From NCBI RefSeq assembly GCF_001194135.2, contig NC_068982.1, positions 43,503,634 through 43,539,194 of the forward strand: a stretch of DNA of 35,561 nucleotides. The letters run 5' to 3'. The stretch comes from Octopus bimaculoides (lineage: Eukaryota). A program made the position numbers and the translations under genes. Shown here one piece after another: positions 1 through 11,353 of the stretch (positions are counted from its first letter, which is position 1; every line of letters starts with the position of its first letter). The notes under the pieces were generated by a model. That model had not been told where the DNA came from, did not search any database, and saw only the letters and a list, made by a program, of their open reading frames with translations.

Positions 1-417
1 CCCTTATTTTGGTTCGGAAAAAAGGAGGTGGGGGGTTCCCCCCCAATCCCGGAATCACTGGAATTTTTTTTTTCGTTGAATGAATTCCTGTGACCTCCTA
101 ATATTGCAAATTTAGGTTACTTAAGGTGAGCCTGGTAACTGATGGCTTTGGGGTCTTGTTTGTAACTTTTGGTGAGCCATGGTGCAACCAACAACATGGG
201 AAAAATCCCTGCCATTAATTTGGTGTGGATGGGTAATATCAAATAATTCAATCACAACATATATTTAAATTAAACACGAAAAAAAATTGAAACATTATTA
301 TCACTTACATGGAAAAATTGAAATATTATCTTTCAGTATTTTATGAGGTAAAATCTTAAATTATTAATTGACACATTATTAATTATGTTATAACAGCAAT
401 GCCTGGAAAAATCATGG

Positions 418-940
418 ATTACATGGAAAAATGCAAGCATGGAAAGTCATATTCTTAAAATTTTAAACCTGGAAAAGTACAGGACAAGTTATTACACCTG
501 TAAAAGAATATAGGACAAACTATTACTTCTAGTAAAGTAAAGAATAAGAAGCTTTTTACTTAAAATATTGCAGCTAAAATTGAAATTTGAATATTAAAAC
601 TTATTTTATTATACTTTACAAATATCACTATATTTATTTAAGTAGAATTTGGCTAATTTACTACCTTAAATACAGAAAAAAGTAACTAATTAGACAAACT
701 TACAAATCAGCTGAACAGTTTTGTACAATAAATTTAAAAGATGAGAACTGTAAAGAGTGATAAATTAGGAGAACTGGCATTCTTTGCTGCAATATTTTAA
801 CTAAAAAGTTTCTTATTCTTTACTTTACTAGAAGTAATAGCTTGTCCTATACTTTTCCAGGGGTAATAACTTGTCCTGTACTTTTCCAGCTTTATAATCT
901 TAAGAATACGACTTTTCATGCTCGTATTTTTCTATGTAAT
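418..940. repeat. Long inverted repeat (foldback/MITE-like), arms 418-574 and 786-940, spacer ~210 bp
   Basis: Left arm acctggaaaagtacaggacaagttattac...gaataagaagctttttacttaaaatattgcagc matches the reverse complement of gctgcaatattttaactaaaaagtttcttattc...gtaataacttgtcctgtacttttccagc at about 90% by hand alignment. Reiterated c(a/c)tggaaaa sub-repeats. Confidence 0.85.
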
Positions 941-1154
941 ATTAATGTAGTTTGTTAATCTAGATTTTTGTCTTTTTTGCAGAGGAGAAGAGAGGGTTTG
1001 GAGGTAAAGTCTGTTCCAAGTACATAACTTTACAAATGCAGTCAACCCTTGAATTCCAAACATTTAATTGACCACTACTATTCAGACATATTTCTGTATC
1101 AAATACAGCTGAGTTGGCATAGACGCGTGCACACACACACACACACACACCCCG

Positions 1155-1380
1155 TTATCATCAGCGTCATCATCATTGACTTTTACAAGCTTGCATGGGC
1201 TTGACAGAATTCACTGAAGCACATTTTATACTGCCAGGTGCCCTTCTCATCACAAAACCTAACCTGCTTCCAGGTAAGGTAATATTATGACATGGCCAAA
1301 TGTATTTTCACACGAAATTGGAAACAAATGACACCACTTCCATGGTGGTGACGCTCGTTTACAATTTCCACACGGCGTCA
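1155..1380 (-). mobile_element. Old retroposon fragment with RTE-like 3' tail
   Basis: (CAT)-rich end, gcttgcatgggcttgac and ggtgcccttc motifs; related to 16648-16870 and to the RTE tail at 2485. Confidence 0.5.
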
Positions 1381-1413
1381 TGACAGGGTGTATAAATATA
1401 TATATATATATAC

Positions 1414-1453
<40 letters not shown>

Positions 1454-1490
1454 CAATAGTAGCAGTCATACATCTAACTTTACACACAAG

Positions 1491-1522
<32 letters not shown>

Positions 1523-1995
1523 ACTGGAGTTATGGATAGCTACGTCTTTCTTCATAGGATTGTAGATTCACAAATGTGAGATACCAGGCAAGATAAGTTC
1601 TAATTAGAGAAACAACCATCATCAAAGTAATACAGTAATGAAAAATTAATGAGGCAATGACAGAGACTACGATCTAGTGATATTGCTCTAGTTATCACAG
1701 AATTGATGTTATGAATACTGATTTAACTTCTATTATTGTTGTTTATCGATTGTGATTCAGTATACATATAAGCAAGGGTGTTCCAGGCAAAACCATAGCT
1801 TTTTTTTATAGTGACAGTGTCTCTAAGCCAATAGGATGTAATGTAGCTGCTATTACTAACCGCTTGTGCTAATAAATTGAATTTGTAAATTACAGGCAAA
1901 TCACCGACTTCCTGGGCGTGAAGTTTTTTTTTTTTCCCACAATAGTTCTGGACCCCAGTAATGAACTCATTTGCATACAGCCAATTAGAGCTCAC

Positions 1996-2069
1996 CTTGA
2001 CCTTGTTGTCAACATAACATTCACAAATGGAATGTGTTAAAAACAACCAATCACTTGGTAAAACATACT
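1996..2069 (-). CDS. Candidate internal coding exon (xYVLPSDWLFLTHSICECYVDNKVK), product unknown
   Basis: Minus strand tttacttgctag|...CAAG|GTGAGC. 74 nt, one of three frames open, phase 1 to 0. No homology recognised. Confidence 0.3.
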
Positions 2070-2484
2070 CTAGCAAGTAAACTCAAGACGAAGAACGGTG
2101 TTGCAAGTCGATCGATCACCAAGTTATGCCCGATTTTAGAAGGAGACAAGTAATTAGATAGATTTGCATCTATAACGATTATCGCATATTGTTAGGGCCC
2201 CATATTGTGAAGATGTGGATGGGGAAAATGTGGGTAGAAGGCGATGTGCTAGCAACCCTCACCCCTTACTGTTTTACAAAGTAAACAACATCACAAATAA
2301 CTACGAAGAGGTAGCCATGATTGAAAGAAGAACAAGTATTATTAAGAGAAAATAAGTATGATCATTCGTTACCCTAGTGGCCTTATCTTATCACCCATCA
2401 CTTGTTATGTGCTCATAAACTGGTTTGATAGTTGAGCGCTGATTAGCTGTAAGCAAATGAATTCATAACTGGGGTCCGGAACTC

Positions 2485-2676
2485 TCATCATCATCATCAT
2501 CATCGTTTAACGTCCGCTTTCCATGCTAGCATGGGTTGGACGATTTGACTGAGGACTGGTGAAACCGGATGGCAACACCAGGCTCCAGTCTGATTTGGCA
2601 GAGTTTCTACAGCTGGATGCCCTTCCTAACGCCAACCACTCAGAGAGTGTAGTGGGTGCTTTTACGTGTCACCCGC
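2485..2676 (-). mobile_element. RTE-clade LINE 3' UTR fragment, 5'-truncated, young
   Basis: (GAT)n tail on minus strand and GAAGGGCATCCAGCTGTAGAAAC motif typical of RTE 3' ends. 2501-2676 is identical to 14390-14565. Confidence 0.85.
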
Positions 2677-2689
2677 TTTTACATGGGAA

Positions 2690-3460
2690 AAAAATTTCGC
2701 TTCCCGGACACCAATGGTCCTGTGATTCTAAAGTCCTTTGGCTTATGACAGGTGGTTCCATGATCTTGTCAAACACTTTAATGAAGTTAAGGCATATACA
2801 GTCAGTGTCCATTCCTCTCAAGAGATTATTGAAGATAGTGTTATGGCACTGCAGCTGCTACGACAGGCAACTTTGTCCCATCTGTTGATGAAGTTGTGTA
2901 GTATCTGAGAGTTTGTTTTCCTCAAGGTTATTCTTTTATGGACAGTGCCTCTGACAATTTTAGATTTGTGAGAAGAGAGAGAAAGAGGTCTGTAATTTTT
3001 AGCTTCAGACCTGCTACCTTCTTCATGTCTAGGTGTTACTACTGAGCCTTTCAGCAGTTTTGGGAATATGTCGTTATATAGCAACTTTTGAAATAGCATC
3101 TTCAATGGTTTGACAAGGAAACCATCTGGTCCTGATGCTGAGTTTGAATCTTCTATAATATCATTAATGTTTAGACATGTCTCTGCAGTTGAATTCTGAG
3201 GATCAAGGCATTCATTTGTATTATGTTCAGTTTTGGTTATCGTTTGGGAAAATGCATTTTTATATCGTTGACTCAAGAATATGTATATTTTGAGGACATT
3301 TTTAGTATATGACCCAATTTGGTCCATTAGAGGGGCAATCTGGTTATGTGTAAATGATTTTTGTTTAGCAAAGTGGGAAAAGAACCTGAGATTAAACTTT
3401 ATGTTCGCTGTTCAGTGTTCCTTCAGTGAAGTTTCTTTTTCAAAGGACATTTTTAGGTCC
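2690..3460 (-). mobile_element. Degenerate non-LTR retrotransposon ORF2 fragment (CR1/L2/Jockey group), linker plus N-terminal RT
   Basis: Translates to NIKFNLRFFSHFAKQK..QIAPL, SASGPDG..KPLKMLFQK..VVTPRHEEGSRSEAKNYRPLSLSSHKSKI and a DCICLNFIKVFDKI-like remnant of motif A (DFxKAFD). Frameshifts present. Confidence 0.9.
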
Positions 3461-4267
3461 AGGTTTTTTTTTTAATTATTATTTTAGAAGTGGCAACAAT
3501 TAAAATGATCAGAATTTATTTGAATAATGAACAAGTTGTTAGACATTAACAGCCTCAGTAATTTAGTAATTTGTCAATTTATGGTGGAAACACCCAGATT
3601 TCAATTTTTTTTTTCTTAGTTAGCAAGTAGATATCATTACTAACATTATTGAAGTCGATGGGTAGGTAAAAGTATTGGTGACGGTGGGGAGTTTGTGATG
3701 GCAATGGCAGTGATGATTTCGTGTTAAAAGATGATAGGAAAATTTGGCACAGAAACTTCACTGCTTACAGACAGTGTTGCTGGCGAATAGAGTGCAAAAA
3801 TAACGCTTCACCTCTTCCCACTCTCCAGCAAAGAGAAAGAACTGATGCTTGCTAATGACGTTGGATTTTGATGATGGTATTAACAATAACTCGTGGCAAA
3901 TTAATGACTGTCAAGCTATGGTTGGTGGCAGTAGGGTCATAGTCATAGAAACATTTTGCCAGTAAGCTATAATTAAAATGATGACACAATTTACAAATTA
4001 GTAGGAAGTAAAGTGAAGTACATACTGTAAGAGCAAGCTATTGAATAAATAAATGACTCAGACATTTAACCTTAGACATAATGTTGGCCTGACCAGGTGG
4101 CTTTCTATAAAGTGGGGAATCAATGTGATGAGAGCAACCAGTCAAGCTCATTTAGTTACATTTTTTATATTTTTGTATTTGGTTTGCAAGATTTTTAATG
4201 TGAACTTTCAGTTGTAACATATTTTGTTGCATCTTGGGAGGGTCATTATGCCAATAATAAACACAGG

Positions 4268-4487
4268 CATTGACTCTATATCACTTCTTTTTATTATTTA
4301 TTTGTCAACTAATTAACTATTTAACCAATTAACTAATCGATTGTTTGAGTAATCGTTTGGTTAATTGATCAATCAATCAAGTTTGTCAAAATCCTTTCAT
4401 TGTCATTCGTGACCTCATCAATAGCATGAATTATGTCATCTAGTCAATTGACTAATAAATAAACAAACAAGTGAAATAGAACCAGTG
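4268..4487. mobile_element. Degenerate ~220-bp MITE-like inverted-repeat element
   Basis: cattgactctatatcacttc...atttgtcaact versus reverse complement of agtcaattgactaataaat...aagtgaaatagaaccagtg, roughly 75% over ~45 bp. No clear TSD. Confidence 0.5.
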
Positions 4488-4768
4488 CGCTTTTTAAATA
4501 TTAGCATACTGACCCTCCCAAGATACCACAAACTATTTTTAATATCCTTTCTCTCTATTATAAATTCTTACTAAAATAGCCTGTTGGCCAATTCAACAGT
4601 TTTCAGAATTGACATGGTGCTGTTGAAACAAATATATTGTTATTTAGCAAAAAAGCTTGTTTATTTTTATGTTTTTTTTATTTATTATTAGTGTTGCTTA
4701 ATATGTTTTGCTAAAATTGCTGTTTCTTTTCAGAAATCAACAGTAAAAGGTAATTAAAATTCATTAAA

Positions 4769-5778
4769 ATGACAGATCTATCAGACTTTCAAAGAGGTCA
4801 AGTTGTTGGTGCTCATATGGCAGGCGCTAGAGTAACGAAAACAGCCAAAATGTTTGGTGTATCATGAAGTACTGTCTCAAAAGTAATGACAGCCTTTGAG
4901 AAAGAGACAAAATTCTGGAAGAAAACCAAAACTTTCAGATAGGGATCGTCGGACTCTTAAGCGAATTGTCAGAAAGGATCACAAAAGTGCAGCTCCCAAA
5001 ATTACTGCAGAGCTTAGTGGCCACCTTGAGAACCCAGTTTCCACAAAAACTGTTCACCGAGAGCTGCACAAAGCCAGATTTCATGGGAGGACTGCAATCA
5101 GAAAATCACTACTTTCAAAAGCAAATGTTGGAAAGCGTTTAGAGTGGAGTAAAAACCTACAGAATCGGTCCCTAGAGCAGTGGAAGAATGTTATTTTCTC
5201 AGACAAGTCATCCTTTACCTTATTTCCAACCACCGGTCGAGTATACATGTGCAGACAGCCCAAAAAAAAGCATTTGACCCAGACTGCCTTCTTCCAACTT
5301 TTAAACATGGAGAAGGAACTATGATGATCTGGGGAGCTATATCTTGGAAATTCGCTAGCCCAATAGTTTCCCTTCATTGCAGAATTAATAGTCAAGACTA
5401 TTTAAGCATTTTCTCTGATCAAATGCTATGGTTGCAGAACTGTTTCTGGAGGGAAACGCAATCTTTCAGGATGATAATGCACCAATTCACACAGCTAAAG
5501 TTGTTACTGAATGGCATGAGGAACATTCTAGTGAAGTTGAACATCGTATCTGGCCACCACAGTCCCCAGATCTCAATATTATTGAACATTTATGGTACAT
5601 TTTCGAAAAACAAGTAAGGAGTTGATATCCTCCATCATCATCACTACAAGAACTGGAGACTGTTTTAGCTGAAGAACAGACAAGAATTCCTTTGGAAATA
5701 ATTCAAGCTTTGTACAAGTCCATACCTTATAGAATTTAAGCTGTAATTGCTACCAAAGGCAGTTCTACCCCATATTAA
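4769..5778 (+). pseudogene. Tc1-family transposase pseudogene, DD36E triad spacing
   Basis: ATG 4769 MTDLSDFQRGQVVG (HTH), GRKPKLSDRDRR, VIFSDKS (first D), FQDDNAPIH (second D 5473), WPPQSPDLNIIEHLW (E 5584), ending KGSSTPY*. Stops at 4865 and 5623 plus frameshifts. Confidence 0.95.
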
Positions 5779-5801
5779 AATAAATTTGTTTGAAATTTTT
5801 A

Positions 5802-5830
5802 GGTGTTTCCATTATTTTGTCCAACCCGTG
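5802..5830 (+). repeat. Right TIR of the Tc1 element (left TIR not found)
   Basis: ggtgtttccattattttgtccaacccgtg is the reverse complement of a typical CAGGGGTTGGACAAAATAATGGAAACACC-like Tc1 end, 24 bp after the stop codon. Confidence 0.75.
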
Positions 5831-5849
5831 TGTGGTGGGTGGTATCTGT

Positions 5850-6082
5850 GTGTGTGTTTGTGTGTCTTTGTGTCTGCATTTGTCCCCCACTACCGCCTGA
5901 CAACCAGTTTGGTAAAAGCACCACCGCTTGACAAGCAATTTGGTGAAAGACACTGATAGACTAAGTACCAGGCTTTAAAAAAAAAAAAAGAAGCACTGAG
6001 GTTGATTCATTCATCTAAAATCCTTCAAGGTGGTCCTCCAGTATGGCCACAGTCTAATGACTGAAACAAGTAAGAGAAAAAG
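5850..6082 (+). mobile_element. Composite SINE, 3' body and tail (family B)
   Basis: (TG)n, tgtcccccactaccgcctgacaacc, ggtggtcctccagtatggccacagtc and the tail gactgaaacaagtaagaga; same body as 28573-28745. Confidence 0.8.
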
Positions 6083-6709
6083 AAAAAAAAATGCCTTGTC
6101 TTCGTATAAAATTTACTTTGGAAATTCCTTTCTCAATGCTGCTACTTAATTCAAATTTCTGAAATTCTTCATAAACAGATCCTCTCTGTTCTACAATAAA
6201 TTCCATTCAATTCTGTTGGTCTTCTTCTCAATATCTCTTATTTAGATTCTTGAAAGGCTCAATCTAATTTTCACAAGACCAATTAATTTGTGATACTTCC
6301 TCAATCTTTAACCTTCAGTTTTCTTCACACCAACGACATTCTGTTCAAACTGTTTCTTTTTGTTCATTATTTTATTATTTTGTTTTGTGCTTATCTGTCT
6401 TAGAATGAGTGAAGACTTAACTTCCTAGTCTTTTCAATTCTATTTAAACTGAATGTTTGGGGTGGCTAACAGAGTAAAATTCATTAAAAAAAAAAAGAAG
6501 TTATTGTTACCATTGTTTAACCGTAGTTTAGCTTAACCATGATCAACCATTCATTTGTTTAGAATAGTGTATTCAAGATTACATTATACAGTGTGTTGTC
6601 CTTAAAGTAATAGGATGTTATCTGAAGGAGATCTGACTGCTAATTCAAGCAGGGTGAATAACAATGTAGGGGCTCCCTTGTTTCCCCACTCCTTAAAGTT
6701 CAATTGCCA

Positions 6710-6880
6710 TGGCACATGGCTCAGTGGTTAGAGCATCAGGCTCACAATCATGAGGTAGTGAGTTTGATTCCCAGATCGGGCTGTGTTGTGTTCTTGAGCA
6801 AGACACTTTATTTCACAGTGCTCCAATTCACTCAGCTGTAGAAATGAGTTGCAACATCACCGGTGCCAAGCTGTATTGGC
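6710..6880 (+). mobile_element. tRNA-head SINE with V/CORE-like central domain
   Basis: A-box tggctcagtgg, B-box gagtttgattcc, then gtgttcttgagcaagacactttatttcacagtgctcc. Confidence 0.75.
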
Positions 6881-6899
6881 CACCAATTTTACTGGGAGT

Positions 6900-7015
6900 G
6901 AGTTAGTGGATTATACTGATCCCTGTACTTATTTTATTGACCCCAAAAGGACAAAGGCATAGTCAGCCTTGTCAGCATTTGAACTCAGAACATGCTAATG
7001 ATTCTGCCAACTTGC
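6900..7015 (-). mobile_element. Decayed Meta-domain-like SINE fragment
   Basis: ttattgaccccaaaaggacaaaggc...atttgaactcagaac...gattctgccaac; CpG-depleted relative of 17017-17246. Confidence 0.7.
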
Positions 7016-7302
7016 AAGATTTAGAAATGGTATGTTAAAGGGCATCTAGTTGTTAACCCTAATGCAAATACAAAAAATTAAGTTTTAAAAAAGTCCCACT
7101 AAAATGGACAATAAATGAGTGGTGCCAAAAGGATTTGAAAGAAACAAGTGTAGTAAATATAACTTTACTAAGGGTGTATAACACTTAAGTTTGTGTATGT
7201 AAAAAAATATTAATGCATTACTTCATCTAACTTATACTGTACAAAATGAAAGCAAACTACCAGGGAGAAAATAAAATAAGCTAGAAAAATGTGACAAATT
7301 AC

Positions 7303-7390
7303 ATTTGAGATGAATGTCATTCCATTTGCAGATCCTCCATCTATTTGAAATTCAATCAACGCATCCTGAGCAGGAAGATAAACCGGAAAT
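7303..7390 (-). CDS. Candidate internal coding exon (xFPVYLPAQDALIEFQIDGGSANGMTFISN), product unknown
   Basis: Acceptor catttcactccttag|, donor AAT|GTAATT, 88 nt, only one frame open (phase 2 to 0). Non-repetitive island, more GC-rich than its flanks. Confidence 0.45.
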
Positions 7391-7803
7391 CTAAGGAGTG
7401 AAATGTAGTCTACCCATTTTTCTTTCTTGGATGTCTACAATAAAAGAAAGGTTATAGATATTAGGGTGTTAAAAAGTTCAGTGAGATGTAATGTTTTATN
7501 NNNNNNNNNNNNNNNNNNNNNNNNNNNNNNNNNNNNNNNNNNNNNNNNNNNNNNNNNNNNNNNNNNNNNNNNNNNNNNNNNNNNNNNNNNNNNNNNNNNN
7601 NNNNNNNNNNNNNNNNNNNNNNNNNNNNNNNNNNNNNNNNNNNGTTTGAGAATTTTTTATTCACTCCTGGAAGAATGCATTATTTCAGCCTGGCTGTGTT
7701 TGCAGTTGAAAAGAATACTTTTAATAACATTAAAAAAAAAATTAAATGGTGGCATTGTAGTTGTGGTCTCCTGGCAACCAATATTTTTAGACCCAGTCCA
7801 CCA

Positions 7804-7864
<61 letters not shown>

Positions 7865-8188
7865 TACAAGAAGTGTTGACATTTCAACAATGAAATATCA
7901 AAGTGATGACTGATCAACAGTTAGTACTAGTTTACAGTTTAAATAAATATGACAAAATGAAAATATAGAATAGTTTAGTAACAATATTGATCTCCACATA
8001 AGCACAAAGCCTAACATATGGGATGGGAAAATGAAAAAAAACGCTGGCACAAATTGTTTCCCAGGTGTTTTAAACATGTGAAGTTTTGGTGCCACTGACC
8101 ACATATGGTTTAAACTGTAAAACTAAGCAAGGAAAATAACTCAGCTTACTCCAGTTTGCCTGGCTGACAAAAACACTCTCCTACTTAC

Positions 8189-8232
8189 TCCTACTTTCCA
8201 AATGAGTTGTTTGTAGTTATACAGGCATCTAG
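8189..8232 (-). CDS. Candidate short exon (xRCLYNYKQLIWKVG)
   Basis: Acceptor attatttttacag|, donor GGA|GTAAGT, 44 nt, one frame open (phase 1 to 0). An alternative donor near 8149 stays in frame. Confidence 0.3.
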
Positions 8233-8724
8233 CTGTAAAAATAATTGTTCCAACAAAATACCATAAGTCCGGAAGTAAAACAGTTAAAAATGTAAAGCTA
8301 AACAGATTTGCCTATTAATAAACTTCTCAACTTTTCCATTACCTGCTCTGTTGCCAAGTAACAAGGTCATGGATAGCCTACAGCAGAACAATACACTAGC
8401 AGTATGAGAGGTAAACTTAACTCCCAATTTCCTAACTGTATGTGTGTGTTTTGGGTGTGGGGTGTTATGGCTTAGTTAAGCGAATGGGCTGCATCTATGA
8501 CCTTTGAAGTCCTTCTGAGATTGTTATGATTGATGCAGTTTATATTTAACTCGAACATAACATCTGCACACTGACATCTGAGGGAAAACGTGAGGAGGGG
8601 AATTACAAAGGGATGGCAATTTGAGGAAGACTCATTAGCCAACTAAATAAATACCTCCTGGAACTTCTTAATGTATTAATTATTGTACTCATCTGAAACA
8701 TTTTCACAGCAGTAACAATAATTG

Positions 8725-9150
8725 ATTCTGTTATATGCACAAGGCCTGAAATTTTGTAGGGAGGGTTAGTTGATTATATTAACTTAAGTACTTGACTCAT
8801 GCTATATTTCATCGACCAGACCGCGAAAGGATGAAAGGCAAAGCTGACCTCATTGACTTTTGAATCAGAATGTGAAACCAGATGACACGCCACTAAGCAT
8901 TTTGTCCAGCTCACTAATGATTCTACCAGCTCACTACTTTTAGAAAGAATACAAATATACCTTTCTACCACAGGCACAAGGCCTGAAATCTTGGAGAAGG
9001 GGGCAAGTTGATTACATTGACCCTGGTACTTAATTGATACCTATTACATCAATCCCTGAAAGGATGAAAGACAAAGTTAACCTCAGTAGAATTTGAACAC
9101 AGAGCATTTTGTCTAGTGTGCTAATGATTCTGCCAGCTTATCTCCTTTGA
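8725..9150 (-). mobile_element. Two adjacent decayed Meta-domain-like SINE copies (8725-8940, 8965-9150)
   Basis: Both carry gcacaaggcctgaaat, gaaaggatgaaag(g/a)caaag and gattct(a/g)ccagct. Confidence 0.75.
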
Positions 9151-10109
9151 AGAACTAATAATGCCAGTAAAAGGTAAAGTTACCTTCTCAGTTGTGCCAA
9201 CTCATAAGCACCAGTATATTCCCCACCTGGACAGGATGCCAGGAATTGAAACCATAATCTTACGACCATATCTGGCTCAAAAATTCAACCAGTTTTATGT
9301 TGAAACTGGCCAGTGTGACCTATCACACCTACTCTTAGATGTCATTTTAGAAGTAAACAATTGCATTATTGAAATCTTGAAGCTATGAGATAATGCATCA
9401 TTAATTCAAGATGATGTGAATAAATAAGCATTACATTTGATGGAATAATCTGAATACTAAAAGGTTATGGTTAATGAGTAAAGACATCGGCATAAGAATA
9501 TCCAATGAGAAAATTTAGTTAGAAATATCATGTGTACATAGAAAACATAAATAAAATCAGAAAAACACCCCAACAAACAAGAAAATACCCAGAGTTAACG
9601 TCATTGTGTGTGATTCAATACATTTGTGTTATATAACCAAGCCTCAACAGATTGGAGTTTATTTTCATTTACTAGTAAGAGGAAAAAAAAACAATAATAC
9701 TTGTAATATGGTGATGATGAATCAAATAATCAGATACCATATTAAAAAAGAAAGAGAAAAAAAATCAAAGGACTTGCATTTAATCAAAAGAAAGTAATTA
9801 TAAAGAAACTCATGAAGGATCATTAAATTGTGCGTGGGAAGGGTGTAAGTGCAACTGTAGTTTCAGGGTTAAGATGTCCCTTTGTGACCAAATTGTCCCA
9901 GATTGTATTTCATTGCATCAGTTGGGATCTGAATTTTGTATTGATCAGTACTGTGGCCAAATGAATAAGAGAACGGTCTCATGGATAGAAATTTGAGTTG
10001 AAGCTTCTCCCCACGCCCCCTTCTCTCTCTCTCTCATTCACTCCCTCCCCCACACACTTATATTACATACATGTTAGTAGGTAGGCAGGCTGGTAGATGT
10101 GTATGTTGG

Positions 10110-10210
10110 CAGATAGATAGATAGATAGACAGAGATATATGGTAGATAGACAGAGATATATGGTAGACAGACAGATATAGGGTAAACAGACAGATATGTG
10201 GTAGATAGGT
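10110..10210. repeat. (GATA)n grading into a 19-21 bp minisatellite
   Basis: About 4 units of agacagagatatatggtagat with variants. Confidence 0.85.
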
Positions 10211-10603
10211 AGGTAGATAATTTATGTTAGAAAGAAATTATGCCTGAGAAATAATTAAATCACAAGTTTCAGTGAGGTTCTATCTTGTGTTTAGAACACC
10301 ACTTCATAAAAGATTCAAACATCACATCAAAAAAGAGAACAAATTAATGAAGTTGGTGGTGCTATGTATTCAGCTCTGTTTTAGATGTAATTATAGATAA
10401 CTTTTACCATTTGATATCTAAGACGGCTTGCTTACATTTGAACATACTTTACAGAAGTAGGCAATTTTGAAAAATTGAATCCGATAGTTTTTGGTCATGC
10501 ATCTATTTACGAATGGATTACCTCTATCTCTCTCTCTCTCGTCTTTCTATCTGTCTGTTTGTCTAACTAGTGAAATACTTCTATCACATGTATACAAAAA
10601 CCA

Positions 10604-10901
10604 TTTGATATAGTTGTACAAATAAGTTATTTAACAATTATATAGAAAGTTACAAAGAAGTAGATGTGTTTGTATTTACCTATGCATAGCTATGTACACA
10701 TGTACTAATGATAGAGCTTCTTAAAAGTCACTCAATATGCTAGAAAGAGCAGCCATTCACTTTAGATATAGCTGTATAGATAAATTATTTAACAATTACG
10801 TAGTAAGTTACAAGGCAGTAAATGTATTTATATTTATCTACACATCTGTGCCAATGAGAGAGCTTTTTCATAGTCACTCAGTCTACTAACAAGAGCAGCC
10901 A
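10604..10901. repeat. Diverged tandem duplication, period ~157 bp
   Basis: ttt(a)gatatag(t/c)tgta...ttatttaacaatta...agttacaa...agtcactca...gagcagcca occurs at 10604 and 10761; partial third copy near 11200. Confidence 0.7.
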
Positions 10902-11353
10902 AATCTTGAGATCACATGCTAACGTCTTATACAGAGGATGGCATATTTTACCATGTAGTCCTTGATATACTATGCTTAAATAAAAGATAAGATGGATGGT
11001 CAAGCCTCATTAACTATTTTGAGACCAGTTCATTTGAAACAGCTCCTCCTTCTGTGACATGAACTTACTGTTATAAAGTGATCTAAAGTATAATCTTCCA
11101 TCAAAATTTTATATTAATTTGTTTTTAAGAAATCAGCTTAATGAGAAAAGGTCTACTTAATCAGAGTTGAAACATAACTCGTGTAAGGAAGCATCTACTT
11201 GGTCACTCAGCCAGTTAGAAATGGCAGTCAATCTCTCTCTCAAATTACAAGCTAATAACTTGAAGAAAGAACACATTAAACAATGTAGTTTTAGATATAT
11301 TAAAAAAATAAGTTGGGATGGTCACAGCTGAAATGACCTGCTTAATCTAAGCT

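Noticed and set aside
984-1004. Plus-strand 21-nt microexon (ttttgcag|AGGAGAAGAGAGGGTTTGGAG|gtaaag)
   Set aside because: Too short to assess, and no other plus-strand exon supports it.
1968-2169. Two ATTTGCAT octamer motifs with CCAAT boxes
   Set aside because: Short motifs expected by chance in AT-rich DNA; no linked snRNA or histone gene.
3776-3827. Minus-strand exon candidate WEEVKRYFCTLFASNTV
   Set aside because: Atypical GAG acceptor, and joining it to the 2069 exon creates TAG.
6090-6360. Possible L1/Tx1 C-terminal zinc-knuckle remnant (CRWC...INWSC on minus strand)
   Set aside because: Multiple stops and too little motif support.
8450-8578. Strong minus-strand acceptor ttttccctcag at 8579
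   Set aside because: All frames close before a good donor, and a phase-2 join to the first exon gives TGA.
9870-9950. Minus-strand phase-2 continuation C-TDQYKIQIPTDAMKYNLGQFGHKGTS*
   Set aside because: Fits the phase of the signal-peptide exon but has no credible donor before the stop.
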